DNA from: Patescibacteria group bacterium
GTDB lineage: Bacteria; Patescibacteriota; Microgenomatia; UBA10105; UBA927
Reading direction: 5' to 3'
NCBI GenBank assembly: GCA_038062795.1
Contig: JBBTWM010000033.1
Location: 5,615 to 69,614, forward strand
DNA: 64,000 bases
Shown here: positions 17,938 through 27,910 of the stretch, piece by piece
Layout of the letters: every line of letters starts with the position of its first letter
Numbering within the stretch: the first letter of the stretch is position 1
Made by a program: the position numbers and the translations under genes
The notes under the pieces: generated by a model
Database searches by the model: none
What the model was told of the DNA's origin: nothing
Seen by the model: only the letters and a program-made list of their open reading frames with translations

Positions 17938-20138
17938 ACGCGTTTACGGGTAACCATAACGAGACCGATAATTGTCCCGGCTATACTTATCATACTCAAT
18001 ATTGCGCCATATGTGGCACTTTTCGGTTTATAGGTCATCGTAACGGTGTGCTTGCCTGCGGGGACAACAACGCCGCGCATGGTCCAGTTGGTGCGGATAA
18101 TGGTGGCAGGATTACCATCGATGTGTGCCTGCCAACCCGGGTAATAGGTATCGGTAAGTATAAGTGATGCTGACCGAGTGCTTTCTGTCTGTATGATGAC
18201 GTGTTCCGGTTTATACGAAAGGATGGTGGCCGTTCCGTTGTTCATATACGCGCGGGGAGATGCATGTATGTTTTCATATACAGTCCAATCTTCAAACGCA
18301 TATACTTTTTTAAAAATAGCCGGAGGGTATGTCTGTTCGCTGCTGCCGTTTTCCGTGCGGTCTAAAATATAGCGCACGCTTAATGCATTGAGAATTTTTT
18401 GCTTATTGAGGCCAGAGAGCCCGCCGTCACCGAAGTTAGATGTAATCGCCGCATCCGAGCGAGTCGCATTGTCAAATTGTTTGAGGGGAGATCCATTCCG
18501 GTAACTATAGAGGAATTCTCCATACCATTTGGGATACAAGGGATCGTACCCTTCGGGGGAATACATGCCGTACTGAGTAGCGAAGTTTGCGGCAATATTG
18601 GCAGTGCCGTATCCCCAATACCGATCCGGCGCTTTTTTGGCAAGATAGGTGATTATCGGATGAGTCGGGAATACCAACGCTTTCGGAACAAACGGATTGA
18701 ACCGGTTAAAGAAGACGAACAGATCGAGCGTATGAATTATCAATAGCAGAATTATGGCGTGTGTTCGGAATTTCGGCAGTCTGATGGCAACCCAAAATAG
18801 CCCGAGCGTTGCTGCAGAAAGCATTCCTCCGTAGATAAGCGCGCGCACCGCGATCGGAGCGTGCTCTGAAAGGAACGGGGTGATCGGGAGTTTGGTTGCG
18901 AGAAATAAAATTCCGAATCCGGCACACACATCCAGTGTTCTACGGACGAGTTTTTTGACAGAGTGCTTATCGGTCATCCAATAATCCAGTCCCAGCCCGC
19001 ACGTTATGGCAAGGGAAAACGCAAAAAGAAAAGACATGAGTGTCGGGGAGCTGGATGTGATAAGGGGGATGGGAATTCGATACAGAATTTGGGTGAGGGG
19101 ATTTGACGTGATAAGAAAAAGTGTCGCGATAGTCGCAGTTATAAACCATTTGGTAGCATCATCTTTCCTCCGTATTGCAGAAAACGAGAAGAATAACGGG
19201 ATAAGTCCTATTGTGGTTACTTTTCCGACAAACGTGTCTGCCGGCCAATACGTGCGGGTTGCAGGATTTCCGAAGATGTTAGGGAAGGGGAGAGCGAAGA
19301 GCTGCCAGGGTTGGATAAGAATTTTTGTGAACAAGTTGTTCGGATCATGCGGGCTTCGCGCGGCGTTGGCGATAAGTTCAATACCAGGAATGAGTTGAAT
19401 TCCGGCGATTCCGACGCCAAGCAACGAGAAAATAAGTACGAGCTTTTTATGTTTTGATCGAAAAAGCGCATAGATAGATGTAAAGACAAACATGTACGAG
19501 TACACTTGCGGATGCCCGGCAAAAAGCGCTGCTGCGTTGCCAACTGTAATGAGCCAAAGCCATCGATTTTCTATCGCAAGGAGGATCAAGGGCAACCACA
19601 AAATTACCTGACCGACGGTGCTGTATTCAAGCCATACCGCCATAAAACCGGAAAATCCGTAGGAGAGCGCGGCAAGCGCACTTCCCTCCGGTCTCATGCC
19701 GAGCTTTCTTGCGTACCAATAGGTAAAAAGAGCAGCGAGAAGCGGTTGCAACACGATAAGAACGGTCCATGCATTCATTTGACTCATGAAGAGGTACAAC
19801 ACGCCGAGCGGATACATGGCGGCAGTTTGAAAATTAGCAAGTAACGGGGTGCCGGAAAAATTATATGGGTTCCAAAGCGGGAGTTTTCCTTGTTTTAACG
19901 ACTCGACGGCAAGCGTTTTCCATGGATACATTTGCCGGATCGTGTCCGGATATTGTGCCTTGTTCGGAATCCCTCCCGCGCCGTATCCTAAGTAGGACGA
20001 TGAACGCCAAGGCTGGAAGTCGCTGACAAGAATATCTCCGGGGAAAGGCACTTTTCCTAAGAATACCGTTTGGTAAAAAAACAGTGAAATAACAGCGGTA
20101 AGTATTACGATGATCCAGAGCCATTCTTTGCGTGCCAT
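17934..20138 (-). CDS. YfhO-family membrane protein (paralog 3)
   Basis: IRQMYPWK..LWNPYNFSGTP. The ORF track extends to 20219, but that start would overlap the upstream gene by ~80 nt. An internal ATG (MARKEWLW) near 20138 is more plausible. Confidence 0.6.
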   Translation of the reverse strand: MARKEWLWIIVILTAVISLFFYQTVFLGKVPFPGDILVSDFQPWRSSSYLGYGAGGIPNKAQYPDTIRQMYPWKTLAVESLKQGKLPLWNPYNFSGTPLLANFQTAAMYPLGVLYLFMSQMNAWTVLIVLQPLLAALFTYWYARKLGMRPEGSALAALSYGFSGFMAVWLEYSTVGQVILWLPLILLAIENRWLWLITVGNAAALFAGHPQVYSYMFVFTSIYALFRSKHKKLVLIFSLLGVGIAGIQLIPGIELIANAARSPHDPNNLFTKILIQPWQLFALPFPNIFGNPATRTYWPADTFVGKVTTIGLIPLFFSFSAIRRKDDATKWFITATIATLFLITSNPLTQILYRIPIPLITSSSPTLMSFLFAFSLAITCGLGLDYWMTDKHSVKKLVRRTLDVCAGFGILFLATKLPITPFLSEHAPIAVRALIYGGMLSAATLGLFWVAIRLPKFRTHAIILLLIIHTLDLFVFFNRFNPFVPKALVFPTHPIITYLAKKAPDRYWGYGTANIAANFATQYGMYSPEGYDPLYPKWYGEFLYSYRNGSPLKQFDNATRSDAAITSNFGDGGLSGLNKQKILNALSVRYILDRTENGSSEQTYPPAIFKKVYAFEDWTVYENIHASPRAYMNNGTATILSYKPEHVIIQTESTRSASLILTDTYYPGWQAHIDGNPATIIRTNWTMRGVVVPAGKHTVTMTYKPKSATYGAILSMISIAGTIIGLVMVTRKRV

Positions 20139-20139
20139 A

Positions 20140-21771
20140 TTATTTTTTCCGGCGATTTGGCGATAATAACAGTATTCCGATTCCGATGAGTGAGAGTGCC
20201 GTAATTGCTTCCGCAACACGCCGTACAGGTGACTCTCCCCACATTACCCGTATGGAATGAGTGCCTGAGGGAACCCGAAATGTAATAAGCCCCCGCCAGT
20301 TTTGATCCTGAAATTGAATCGGTATTTTTTGTCCGTCGCTTGTCACCCTCCATCCCGGGAAATATTGTGTGCGGTCAACCACATTTACATCCGTTTCGGC
20401 GGTGACGGTAAAGGTGTGTGTGGTTCCTTTCTTTTGCCCGTCGGATATGGTTCCGCGGCCCTCTATGACTTCAAATTGACTGACGGGATACGCGCCGGCA
20501 GGACCTGCTGACCAGATAACGTCGGTTTCGCCGAAGTAGGTCGTGTTGAGTGGATAATCCCAGAAATATTTTTCGTCGATTGTATCCATTCCGAGCGGAG
20601 GACGGAAGAAAACGATCACAGAAAGAATTGCGGCGGCGGCGATGATACCGGTTGTAAGGATTGTTGTCTTTTTTTTGACGAGTACCGCGCCTCCAACAAA
20701 GGCCAATGCAAATACTACGACATTGAGAAGTCTCCAGGGAAACTGAAACATCCGCAGTATAGGAATACCTGCCCAAAGGAATTTGGATACCGGCTGCATG
20801 AGGAAAAGGGCCCCAAGGGTGAGGAATAAGCCGAACGCGACTGCTTTTTTCTCCCTCTCATCGCGGATATATGTTCGCGTGAGTAGCACAATTGCGGTGA
20901 TAAACGCTATGACCTGCACCAGACCGAACGAAACCGTGATGCCGCCGGTCTGCATAGCTTCGCTATTGGTCAGATTCGGAAGCAGGAAGTTGAAAAAAGG
21001 CGCAAAGTGTGACGCATACATCTCTTTCATAAACAGATCACCGTACGTGTATTTGCGTTCAATAAGCGCCGGCAGCCAATAAAACGCAGAAAGCATGAGT
21101 CCTAATCCTAAACCTGCCCAAGCCACGAATAGCTTGCGGTTATCCGGGGCAAATACAACGGAATAAAGGACTGCTACTGTGAAGAAGACAAGGCTGATAG
21201 CGTTATGAGAGGTGATAAGAAGGGTTACGGCAAATCCGGTAAGCAGGATATTGTATCGGGTATTTTTTTCTTCAAACCCCCGCTGCAATCCAAAGAGTAC
21301 AAGCGGGAGAAAGGCGAGTGCGTATCCTTCTGCGATATCTCCCCGGACGACAAGATCGACTAAATGAAACGGTGCAAACTGGTAGAGCACGGTAGTGATG
21401 AACGCTTTACCCTCGTGTTTGAAGAACCGTAATGCAAACATATACATAAAAATACCTGAAAGCAGGAAACTCACGAGCATAGAGATTTTGAAGGAAAAAA
21501 CTAAGCCGCCACCTAATGCGATGACCAGCGAAGTAACCAGATACGGCACATGATAGATAAAATTAAATAACGGCATGCCGTATCCGTAGTTGAGTTCTCC
21601 TGCCCAGCGGGGAAGGATCTGACCTTCGGACAGAGCCTTATAGTAGGCGGCCATGCGGGCGTAGTGAACCGGGCTATCATGCGTGTGCGGAGCCAATGGG
21701 GTAGCAAATATGCTCAAAAACGGCAGGGCTGAAATTGCAATGACGAGAATATAATGCTTAAATGATTTCAT
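20140..21771 (-). CDS. polytopic membrane protein, HDG..H..PRW-motif family (family B), putative GT-C
   Basis: PHTHDSPVHYARMAAYYKALSEGQILPRWAGELNYGYGMPLF. Paralogs lie at 31035 and 35117. The track ORF begins with GTG at 21819. I prefer the ATG (MKSFKHY) at 21771, which leaves a 48-bp AT-rich divergent promoter gap. Confidence 0.5.
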   Translation of the reverse strand: MKSFKHYILVIAISALPFLSIFATPLAPHTHDSPVHYARMAAYYKALSEGQILPRWAGELNYGYGMPLFNFIYHVPYLVTSLVIALGGGLVFSFKISMLVSFLLSGIFMYMFALRFFKHEGKAFITTVLYQFAPFHLVDLVVRGDIAEGYALAFLPLVLFGLQRGFEEKNTRYNILLTGFAVTLLITSHNAISLVFFTVAVLYSVVFAPDNRKLFVAWAGLGLGLMLSAFYWLPALIERKYTYGDLFMKEMYASHFAPFFNFLLPNLTNSEAMQTGGITVSFGLVQVIAFITAIVLLTRTYIRDEREKKAVAFGLFLTLGALFLMQPVSKFLWAGIPILRMFQFPWRLLNVVVFALAFVGGAVLVKKKTTILTTGIIAAAAILSVIVFFRPPLGMDTIDEKYFWDYPLNTTYFGETDVIWSAGPAGAYPVSQFEVIEGRGTISDGQKKGTTHTFTVTAETDVNVVDRTQYFPGWRVTSDGQKIPIQFQDQNWRGLITFRVPSGTHSIRVMWGESPVRRVAEAITALSLIGIGILLLSPNRRKK

Positions 21772-21819
21772 GAGTAAGGTGGGCCGTGAGCTTATTATAA
21801 CAAAGAATTCTAAAGTCAC
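21772..21819. promoter_or_regulatory. divergent promoter region between minus-strand block and plus-strand genes
   Basis: An AT-rich 48-bp spacer (GTTATAATAAG contains a TATAAT-like box) between the 5' ends of the 20140(-) and 21820(+) genes. It exists only if the minus gene starts at the ATG at 21771. Confidence 0.3.
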
Positions 21820-23313
21820 ATGAAGACGGGAAAATCAATTGATTGGTGGTGGATCGGAATTATTTGTGTCGCCACATTTCTTCGCATATTCCGCATAGGG
21901 ACACTGACTGAGTTTCTTGGTGATCAGGGTAGAACGATGCTCACCATGCGCGATTTTTTGGAAGGCGGGATTGTACCTATTATCGGCCCGTCGACGTTAA
22001 GCGGACATAACGTTGGGCCGATGTTTTATTATCTTCTGGTGCCCGGCTATCCCGGCGGACCAATCGGTACATCGCTCTGGGTTGCTCTGCTTGGCGTGCT
22101 GGCAGTTGTGGTGATGTATGAAACGGCCCGGCTTATGTTTGGGCTGTGGCCGGCCAGACTTTCTGCACTTCTATGGGCCGTGTCTCCGCTCATCGTATTT
22201 GCCGACCGGGTAATATGGGAGCCGAATCTGGTCCCGCTTTTTGCAGCCCTGTATATCTACCTATTATATAGAGTGCATATGCATTGGTTCCGCTGGGCTT
22301 GGGTCTCTTTGGGGGCAGTGGTGGGTATCCTTGTACAACTTCACTACCCGAATGTGTTCTTTATCGGGCTTACCGGACTGTATCTTGTGGGCAGTATGGT
22401 TTTTCGGCTTCGCAATGTTACGTATACGTTGAAAGCAATCACCCTTTGGTCAGTAGGATTGATCCTGATGATGATGCCTTTTTTCATATATGAGTATGCC
22501 AATGGATTTAAAAATATTGCCGGGGTGACTTCAATAATCATTGGTAGTGGTGATATAACGCTCGGGAAGCGGGCCATGCTCGGACATGTCGTTGATTACG
22601 CATTCCGTGTATTCGGGCAGGTATTACCGTACATGAGGTTAACGATAGCCCCCTGGCTTATATCAGCATGGATGCTTTTCGTTATCGTTTTTCCGTCGAA
22701 AAAGAACTTATTTTTTTCATTATGGTTTTTTGGCGGACTTGTGTCTATGGGTAAATATACCGAAGTGGTATATGACCACTACCTCAACTTTTTAACCCCG
22801 GCGCCGTTTCTCCTTATCGGATCTGTGGTTTACTCAGTCAGAAATACATCATGGAAAAACGTCGTTTATGGTTTTGTCCTGCTTCTTTGCGTGTTGCAGC
22901 TTATGCAAACTGATGTGTTTGCGCGCGGGAGTAATGATATCGCACGGGTGAAAGCCGCAGTAACAGAAATCAAAACAATTGCAGGAGAATCGCCCTTCTC
23001 GTTTACGCTTATCAGCAGTCGATCGTATTCGGATTTGCACTACCGGTACTATATGGGTGTCATGAATGTGAATCCGGTATCTTTTGCTGATACAACGTAC
23101 CGGAAATTCATGCTCGTATGTGACCGAGCCGAATGCCCGTCGGTTTCTGAGATTACAACGCTCACGGACTTAGCGATATTGTGCTACGAACAGCATTGTA
23201 AGGAATTTTATCCGAAGCTTCCGATTCAAAAAGAATGGAAATACCAAAGCGATGTGCCGTTGCGCGCAAACGGGGGGCAATTAGGCAGGCTCTATATTTT
23301 TGACCGACGATAG
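21820..23313 (+). CDS. polytopic membrane protein, DQG-motif family (family C), putative GT-C
   Basis: FLGDQGRTMLTMRDF...GPMFYYLLVPGY. A paralog at 29536 carries FGFDQGLDFMAARS...GPGYRYILAV. Confidence 0.45.
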   Translation: MKTGKSIDWWWIGIICVATFLRIFRIGTLTEFLGDQGRTMLTMRDFLEGGIVPIIGPSTLSGHNVGPMFYYLLVPGYPGGPIGTSLWVALLGVLAVVVMYETARLMFGLWPARLSALLWAVSPLIVFADRVIWEPNLVPLFAALYIYLLYRVHMHWFRWAWVSLGAVVGILVQLHYPNVFFIGLTGLYLVGSMVFRLRNVTYTLKAITLWSVGLILMMMPFFIYEYANGFKNIAGVTSIIIGSGDITLGKRAMLGHVVDYAFRVFGQVLPYMRLTIAPWLISAWMLFVIVFPSKKNLFFSLWFFGGLVSMGKYTEVVYDHYLNFLTPAPFLLIGSVVYSVRNTSWKNVVYGFVLLLCVLQLMQTDVFARGSNDIARVKAAVTEIKTIAGESPFSFTLISSRSYSDLHYRYYMGVMNVNPVSFADTTYRKFMLVCDRAECPSVSEITTLTDLAILCYEQHCKEFYPKLPIQKEWKYQSDVPLRANGGQLGRLYIFDRR

Positions 23314-23354
23314 GAGCCGACGACACATGGTTAATACGGGAGGTATTTAGTACA

Positions 23355-24626
23355 ATGGATGCAATGTTGGCCACAGTTCTTGACTCAATTCTTCTTTTTG
23401 CTTTCGCGGTTCCCGTGGTCATGAAATACCGGATACTTCCCGTTGAGGGAACGCCGTATTGGCTTTTCGGTATTCTTTTTCTCATTCTGGGTACACATTG
23501 TTTCATGTCGTTTTATCCGGGGATATTAGGAGGGTACAAAAAACATCTCGAAAAGCTAAAAATGCTATGTGTCACTACGACCATTGCAATAACGTTGGGA
23601 GGAGCTGTGGTGACTGCGATGTTTGATCGGGCGAAAACCGCGCCTGTCTACGGAGTCCATGACATTATCCTGCAGCAGGAGGCGGCAATGCGGTATCTGC
23701 TCGTAGGAAAAAATCCGTACAAGGAAACGTATTTCGGGACCCCGGTCGAATCTTTTAATTATGATGAACCGGGCAATACCGAGGCCACGAATCCGGCACT
23801 GTATCATTTTGTCATGCCGCCGTGGTACGTGCTTTTTCCTTTTGCGTTTTACTATACGGCAATTCCGGTACTGGGATTTTTTGACGGGCGGATGGCGTCA
23901 TTGTTTGCCATGATTCTGTTGCTCGTAACACTTCGGTATTGGTACCGGGATCACGCAATTTCACGGATTGCGATGACACTCACGGCCCTTTCCCCGTCGG
24001 TAGTCGAGTATTTTGTCGAAGGCAGAAGTGATGTTTTCGCGCTTTCCTGGCTTATGGCGTCGCTCGTGCTGCTTAACCAAAAACGCTTTGTGGCAAGCGG
24101 AGCGATGTTGGCGTTGTCGTTTCTCAGTAAACAAACTATCTGGTTCATAGCACCGTTTTATTTGTTGTATCTTTGGAAACAAACAAGGTCTCACACTGCG
24201 GTATTTTGGCAGACGGTGACTATCATAGTCGCAGTTTCGCTTGTGATCGTGACGCCGTTTTTGCTCTGGGATCCCCGCGCGTTTATCGGGAGTGTGATCC
24301 TGTACCTTACCGGTAGCACGGCTACCAGTTACCCTGTTTCGGGGTACGGGTGGGGCATGGTGTTATTAAGTTTCGGCTGGATACGGGATATCCATGCCTA
24401 TTATCCGTTTATCTACTGGCAACTAGGCATCGCAGTGCCTCTTGGCATCGTACTTATGCGCGGGCTATGGGCCATCCCTTCACAATCCCGGATGATTATT
24501 TTTTACGCGGTATTTTTGGGCGTGTACTGGTATTTCAGCCGGTATTTTAACAATAGTCATTTAGGATTCCTTTCGATGCTTTTTGTGTTGGGCGGACTGA
24601 AAGCCGTTGACGAAACGCATACATGA
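23355..24626 (+). CDS. integral membrane protein, possibly DUF2029/GT87-like
   Basis: About 10 predicted TM segments, and YHFVMPPWYVLFPFAFYY is reminiscent of GT87/DUF2029 proteins. A GGAGG-like RBS lies upstream. Confidence 0.35.
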   Translation: MDAMLATVLDSILLFAFAVPVVMKYRILPVEGTPYWLFGILFLILGTHCFMSFYPGILGGYKKHLEKLKMLCVTTTIAITLGGAVVTAMFDRAKTAPVYGVHDIILQQEAAMRYLLVGKNPYKETYFGTPVESFNYDEPGNTEATNPALYHFVMPPWYVLFPFAFYYTAIPVLGFFDGRMASLFAMILLLVTLRYWYRDHAISRIAMTLTALSPSVVEYFVEGRSDVFALSWLMASLVLLNQKRFVASGAMLALSFLSKQTIWFIAPFYLLYLWKQTRSHTAVFWQTVTIIVAVSLVIVTPFLLWDPRAFIGSVILYLTGSTATSYPVSGYGWGMVLLSFGWIRDIHAYYPFIYWQLGIAVPLGIVLMRGLWAIPSQSRMIIFYAVFLGVYWYFSRYFNNSHLGFLSMLFVLGGLKAVDETHT

Positions 24627-26245
24627 AACGATTCACTTGGTATCATGGTATTCTTCTTGGCATTATCGCGGTAGCGGCATTCGTCCGCATGGTAAACCTT
24701 GGCACCAATCCGCCCGCAATTTCGTGGGATGAGGCGTCGATAGGGTATAACGCGTACACCATTTCTACAACCGGACGGGATGAGCACGGCACATTCCTTC
24801 CTCTTGATACGTTTGCCGCATTCGGCGATTACAAACCTCCCGTTCCGGTGTATCTGACCGTTCCGTTCGTAGCACTCCTAGGGCTTAACGAAACAACGGT
24901 ACGTCTGCCGTCAGCGCTTTCCGGTGTGCTTACTGTGTTGGTTCTGTATTTGTTGGTACTTGAGTTGTTCCGGACTGCGAAGCATGCACAGGCGTTGGGA
25001 CTTGTGGCGGCTGGTGTGCTTACGATAACACCTTGGCATATTATGCTCTCCCGTGCTGCATTTGAAGCAAATATTGCACTGTTGTTTCTTGTCACGGGCA
25101 TATGGTTTGTTCTCAAAGCCCGCGAGAGTCCTGTATTTTTTTATGTGTGTTGGTTGCCGTTTGTTTTGGGTATTTACACATTTAACAGCACGAGGTACGC
25201 GGGTCCGCTTATTGCCGGTGCATTGATGGTCATCGTGTATAAGAGTGCCATGGCAGCAAAAAAACAAGTATTGGCAGGTTTGGTAATCGCATGTATCGTC
25301 CTTGTCCCCATCCTCCCGCATTTGGTATCCAAGCAGGCACGGCTCCGGTTCGAAGAGGTAAGCATATTTACCGATTTGCGCACGGTACTTATGTCTAATA
25401 CACGCCGTCACATTGATAATTTTTCGTGGTTTTCTTCAGCCCTGCATAATCGGCGGGTCGGGTACGCACGGGAATATTTCATTCACTTTTTTGATAATCT
25501 GGAACCGAGGTTTCTTTTCATAAAAGGAGACGGTAACCCGAAGTTTTCCATTCAGGACACAGGACAACTCCTTTTGGTGAGCGCACCGTTTATTGTCTAT
25601 GGATGGCTTACGGTGTTTCGTGATTACCCGGTCATTGCTATGTTTCTCTTGTGGTGGCTACTCGCTTCGATAGCTCCTACAGCAGTTGCCCGGGAAACTC
25701 CCCATGCGTTGCGTATTGAAAACGGTCTACCGGTCTATATGATAGTGACCGCGTACGGAATAGTAATGAGTGTTGTTGCCTTACGCAAATCACGAATCCG
25801 GAGTGTTCTGTTTACTGTTTACTGTTTACTGTTCATCGGTAACTTCGCCTATTTTTGGCATAATTTTATGTCGCATTATCCCAAGGAGTACTCCGGGGAA
25901 TGGCAGTATGGGTATAAACAGGCAATTACGCTGGCCAAAGCGCACAAAAACGAATACGACACGATTGTGCTCACGGAAAGCATCGGGAGGCCGTATATTT
26001 ACGCATTGTTTTACGAACAGTATCCGCTGAAACGTTTTGAGGAAACCCGCGATGCATCCTTTGATGCGGCAGGATTTTATAATGTCTACGGTTTCGGCGC
26101 CTACCGGTTTACCAAGGAAGGGGTCGGCGCGTATACCGGAAAGACACTCTACATTCTGCCGCCCAAAGATGTGCCTTTAGGCGTCCATATAATTGAAACG
26201 ATCAGATTGCTAAACGGAACAGCCGTTCTTGTCGCGTTTGAATAA
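24623..26245 (+). CDS. GT39/PMT_2-like membrane glycosyltransferase (paralog)
   Basis: GTNPPAISWDEASIGYNAYTISTTGRDEHG. It contains a TTTACTG heptamer tandem repeat at 25806-25831. Confidence 0.7.
   Translation: MKRFTWYHGILLGIIAVAAFVRMVNLGTNPPAISWDEASIGYNAYTISTTGRDEHGTFLPLDTFAAFGDYKPPVPVYLTVPFVALLGLNETTVRLPSALSGVLTVLVLYLLVLELFRTAKHAQALGLVAAGVLTITPWHIMLSRAAFEANIALLFLVTGIWFVLKARESPVFFYVCWLPFVLGIYTFNSTRYAGPLIAGALMVIVYKSAMAAKKQVLAGLVIACIVLVPILPHLVSKQARLRFEEVSIFTDLRTVLMSNTRRHIDNFSWFSSALHNRRVGYAREYFIHFFDNLEPRFLFIKGDGNPKFSIQDTGQLLLVSAPFIVYGWLTVFRDYPVIAMFLLWWLLASIAPTAVARETPHALRIENGLPVYMIVTAYGIVMSVVALRKSRIRSVLFTVYCLLFIGNFAYFWHNFMSHYPKEYSGEWQYGYKQAITLAKAHKNEYDTIVLTESIGRPYIYALFYEQYPLKRFEETRDASFDAAGFYNVYGFGAYRFTKEGVGAYTGKTLYILPPKDVPLGVHIIETIRLLNGTAVLVAFE
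25806..25831 (+). repeat. heptanucleotide tandem repeat (TTTACTG) x3 plus partial copy inside GT39-like CDS
   Basis: ctgTTTACTGTTTACTGTTTACTGttc encodes LFTVYCLLF. The unit is not a multiple of 3. Confidence 0.6.
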
Positions 26246-26246
26246 T

Positions 26247-27902
26247 ATGAAAAAAATTGCATTGATCGGAATTATAATGCTCGCAATAGGTCTTAGGTTT
26301 TGGCAACTTGGCGAGGTGCCGGTTTCGCCCGATTGGGACGAAGCGGCTCTTGGGTATAATGCATATTCAATACTTAAAACCGGGCGTGACGAATACGGCA
26401 CGTTTTTGCCCCGTGCACTGCGGTCGTTTGATGATTATAAGCCGCCGCTTTATGTATATTTAGCGGTACCGTCGGTTGCGGTGTTTGGTCTCAATACGTG
26501 GGCTGTTCGTTTGCCGGCGGCCGTAATGGGCGTATTTGCGGTGCTCGGAACGTATTTTTTGGTTGCTGAACTATTCAAGCAACCTCATATAAAGACGAAA
26601 AAACGAATCAGTGAATTTTCTACTCAGGCGTTATCTCTACTCACAGCCTTTTTGCTTGCTATCTCACCTTGGCATCTGCAGTTTTCGCGGATTGCATTTG
26701 AGGCAAATACGGGAGTGACATTCAATATCTGGGGGCTCGTCGCGTTTTTTCGCGGACTACAGTCCCTTCCCTGGATGGCGGCAAGCGCCTTTTTCTTCGG
26801 GCTCTCTCTCTATGCGTATCACAGTGAGCGGATTTTCGTGCCGCTTCTTTTGCTGATAGTGTCGGTTGTATGCCGCAAAGAATTGTTTGCTGATCGCAGG
26901 AAACTACTTATCGGTATCGTGGTTGGATTGCTTACTGTCCTGCCGTTATTACCCGTGGTGCTGGATAAGACATCGGTAACCAGGCTCAAAGGGACGAGTA
27001 CGCTTTCGGATGCTACCGGACTTTTAATGCGGTCCGTTGCTAAACTGGATGATGATCAAAAAGTAGGAAATGAAATCGGTACGATATTTGATAACCGCCG
27101 TATTGTGTATGCAAAGACTCTTTTGGACGGATATCTGAGCCACTTTTCATTGCGCTGGCTGTTCCTGGTGGGGGACAATGACCGGCATCACGCGCCCGAT
27201 AACGGACTGTTGTACTTTTGGGAATTACCCTTTATGGTATGGGGAATCTTTTCGGTATGGCGCCGCGGAGGAAGGGCGGCAATGGTATTACTGAGTTGGG
27301 TATTGGTGGCTCCGCTCGCTGCGTCTCCGACGAGTGAAACGCCTCATGCGATCAGGACACTCGTGATCCTTCCGGTCCTGCAGATATTTATCGCTTCCGG
27401 CGTTATGGAATTTCTTACGCATACGAAAAAATATTATGAGAAGCGGCGGACTGTTTTTGTATGGGTGCCGGCAGGGGTCCTAGTGACAGCGGTATTTCTG
27501 AATATCCTATTTTATTTCCACATGTATTATGTGCACTTAAATCACGAATACTCCAAGTTCTGGCAGTATGGATATGCGCAGGCAGTAGAATATGCCGAAT
27601 CTCATAAAGCGAAATATGAAAAAATTGTCGTTTCTACGGCTCTCGAACAGCCGCATATGTTTTTCCTTTTTTATACCAAATATGATCCGGTGAAATATTT
27701 GGCTAGCGGAGGAACTTCTTCAGGTGGATTTGCGGAAGTAAAAAACCGCTTTGACATGTACGAGTTCCGGCCGATATCAAACTGGGCGAAGGAATTGCAT
27801 GACGGAAGCATTCTATACATTGGATCTCCGAGAGAACTTCCCGGGGATGCATATACGATTACATATTTAAACGGTGACGATGCGATGCGTATTTCGGAAT
27901 AA
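26247..27902 (+). CDS. GT39/PMT_2-like membrane glycosyltransferase (paralog)
   Basis: LRFWQLGEVPVSPDWDEAALGYNAYSILKTGRDEYG. The ATG at 26247 sits just after the upstream stop. Confidence 0.7.
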   Translation: MKKIALIGIIMLAIGLRFWQLGEVPVSPDWDEAALGYNAYSILKTGRDEYGTFLPRALRSFDDYKPPLYVYLAVPSVAVFGLNTWAVRLPAAVMGVFAVLGTYFLVAELFKQPHIKTKKRISEFSTQALSLLTAFLLAISPWHLQFSRIAFEANTGVTFNIWGLVAFFRGLQSLPWMAASAFFFGLSLYAYHSERIFVPLLLLIVSVVCRKELFADRRKLLIGIVVGLLTVLPLLPVVLDKTSVTRLKGTSTLSDATGLLMRSVAKLDDDQKVGNEIGTIFDNRRIVYAKTLLDGYLSHFSLRWLFLVGDNDRHHAPDNGLLYFWELPFMVWGIFSVWRRGGRAAMVLLSWVLVAPLAASPTSETPHAIRTLVILPVLQIFIASGVMEFLTHTKKYYEKRRTVFVWVPAGVLVTAVFLNILFYFHMYYVHLNHEYSKFWQYGYAQAVEYAESHKAKYEKIVVSTALEQPHMFFLFYTKYDPVKYLASGGTSSGGFAEVKNRFDMYEFRPISNWAKELHDGSILYIGSPRELPGDAYTITYLNGDDAMRISE

Positions 27903-27910
27903 TATACAAC

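Noticed and set aside
25806-25831. CRISPR array
   Set aside because: It has only ~3.7 copies of a 7-nt unit with no spacers, and it lies inside a CDS. It is not CRISPR.
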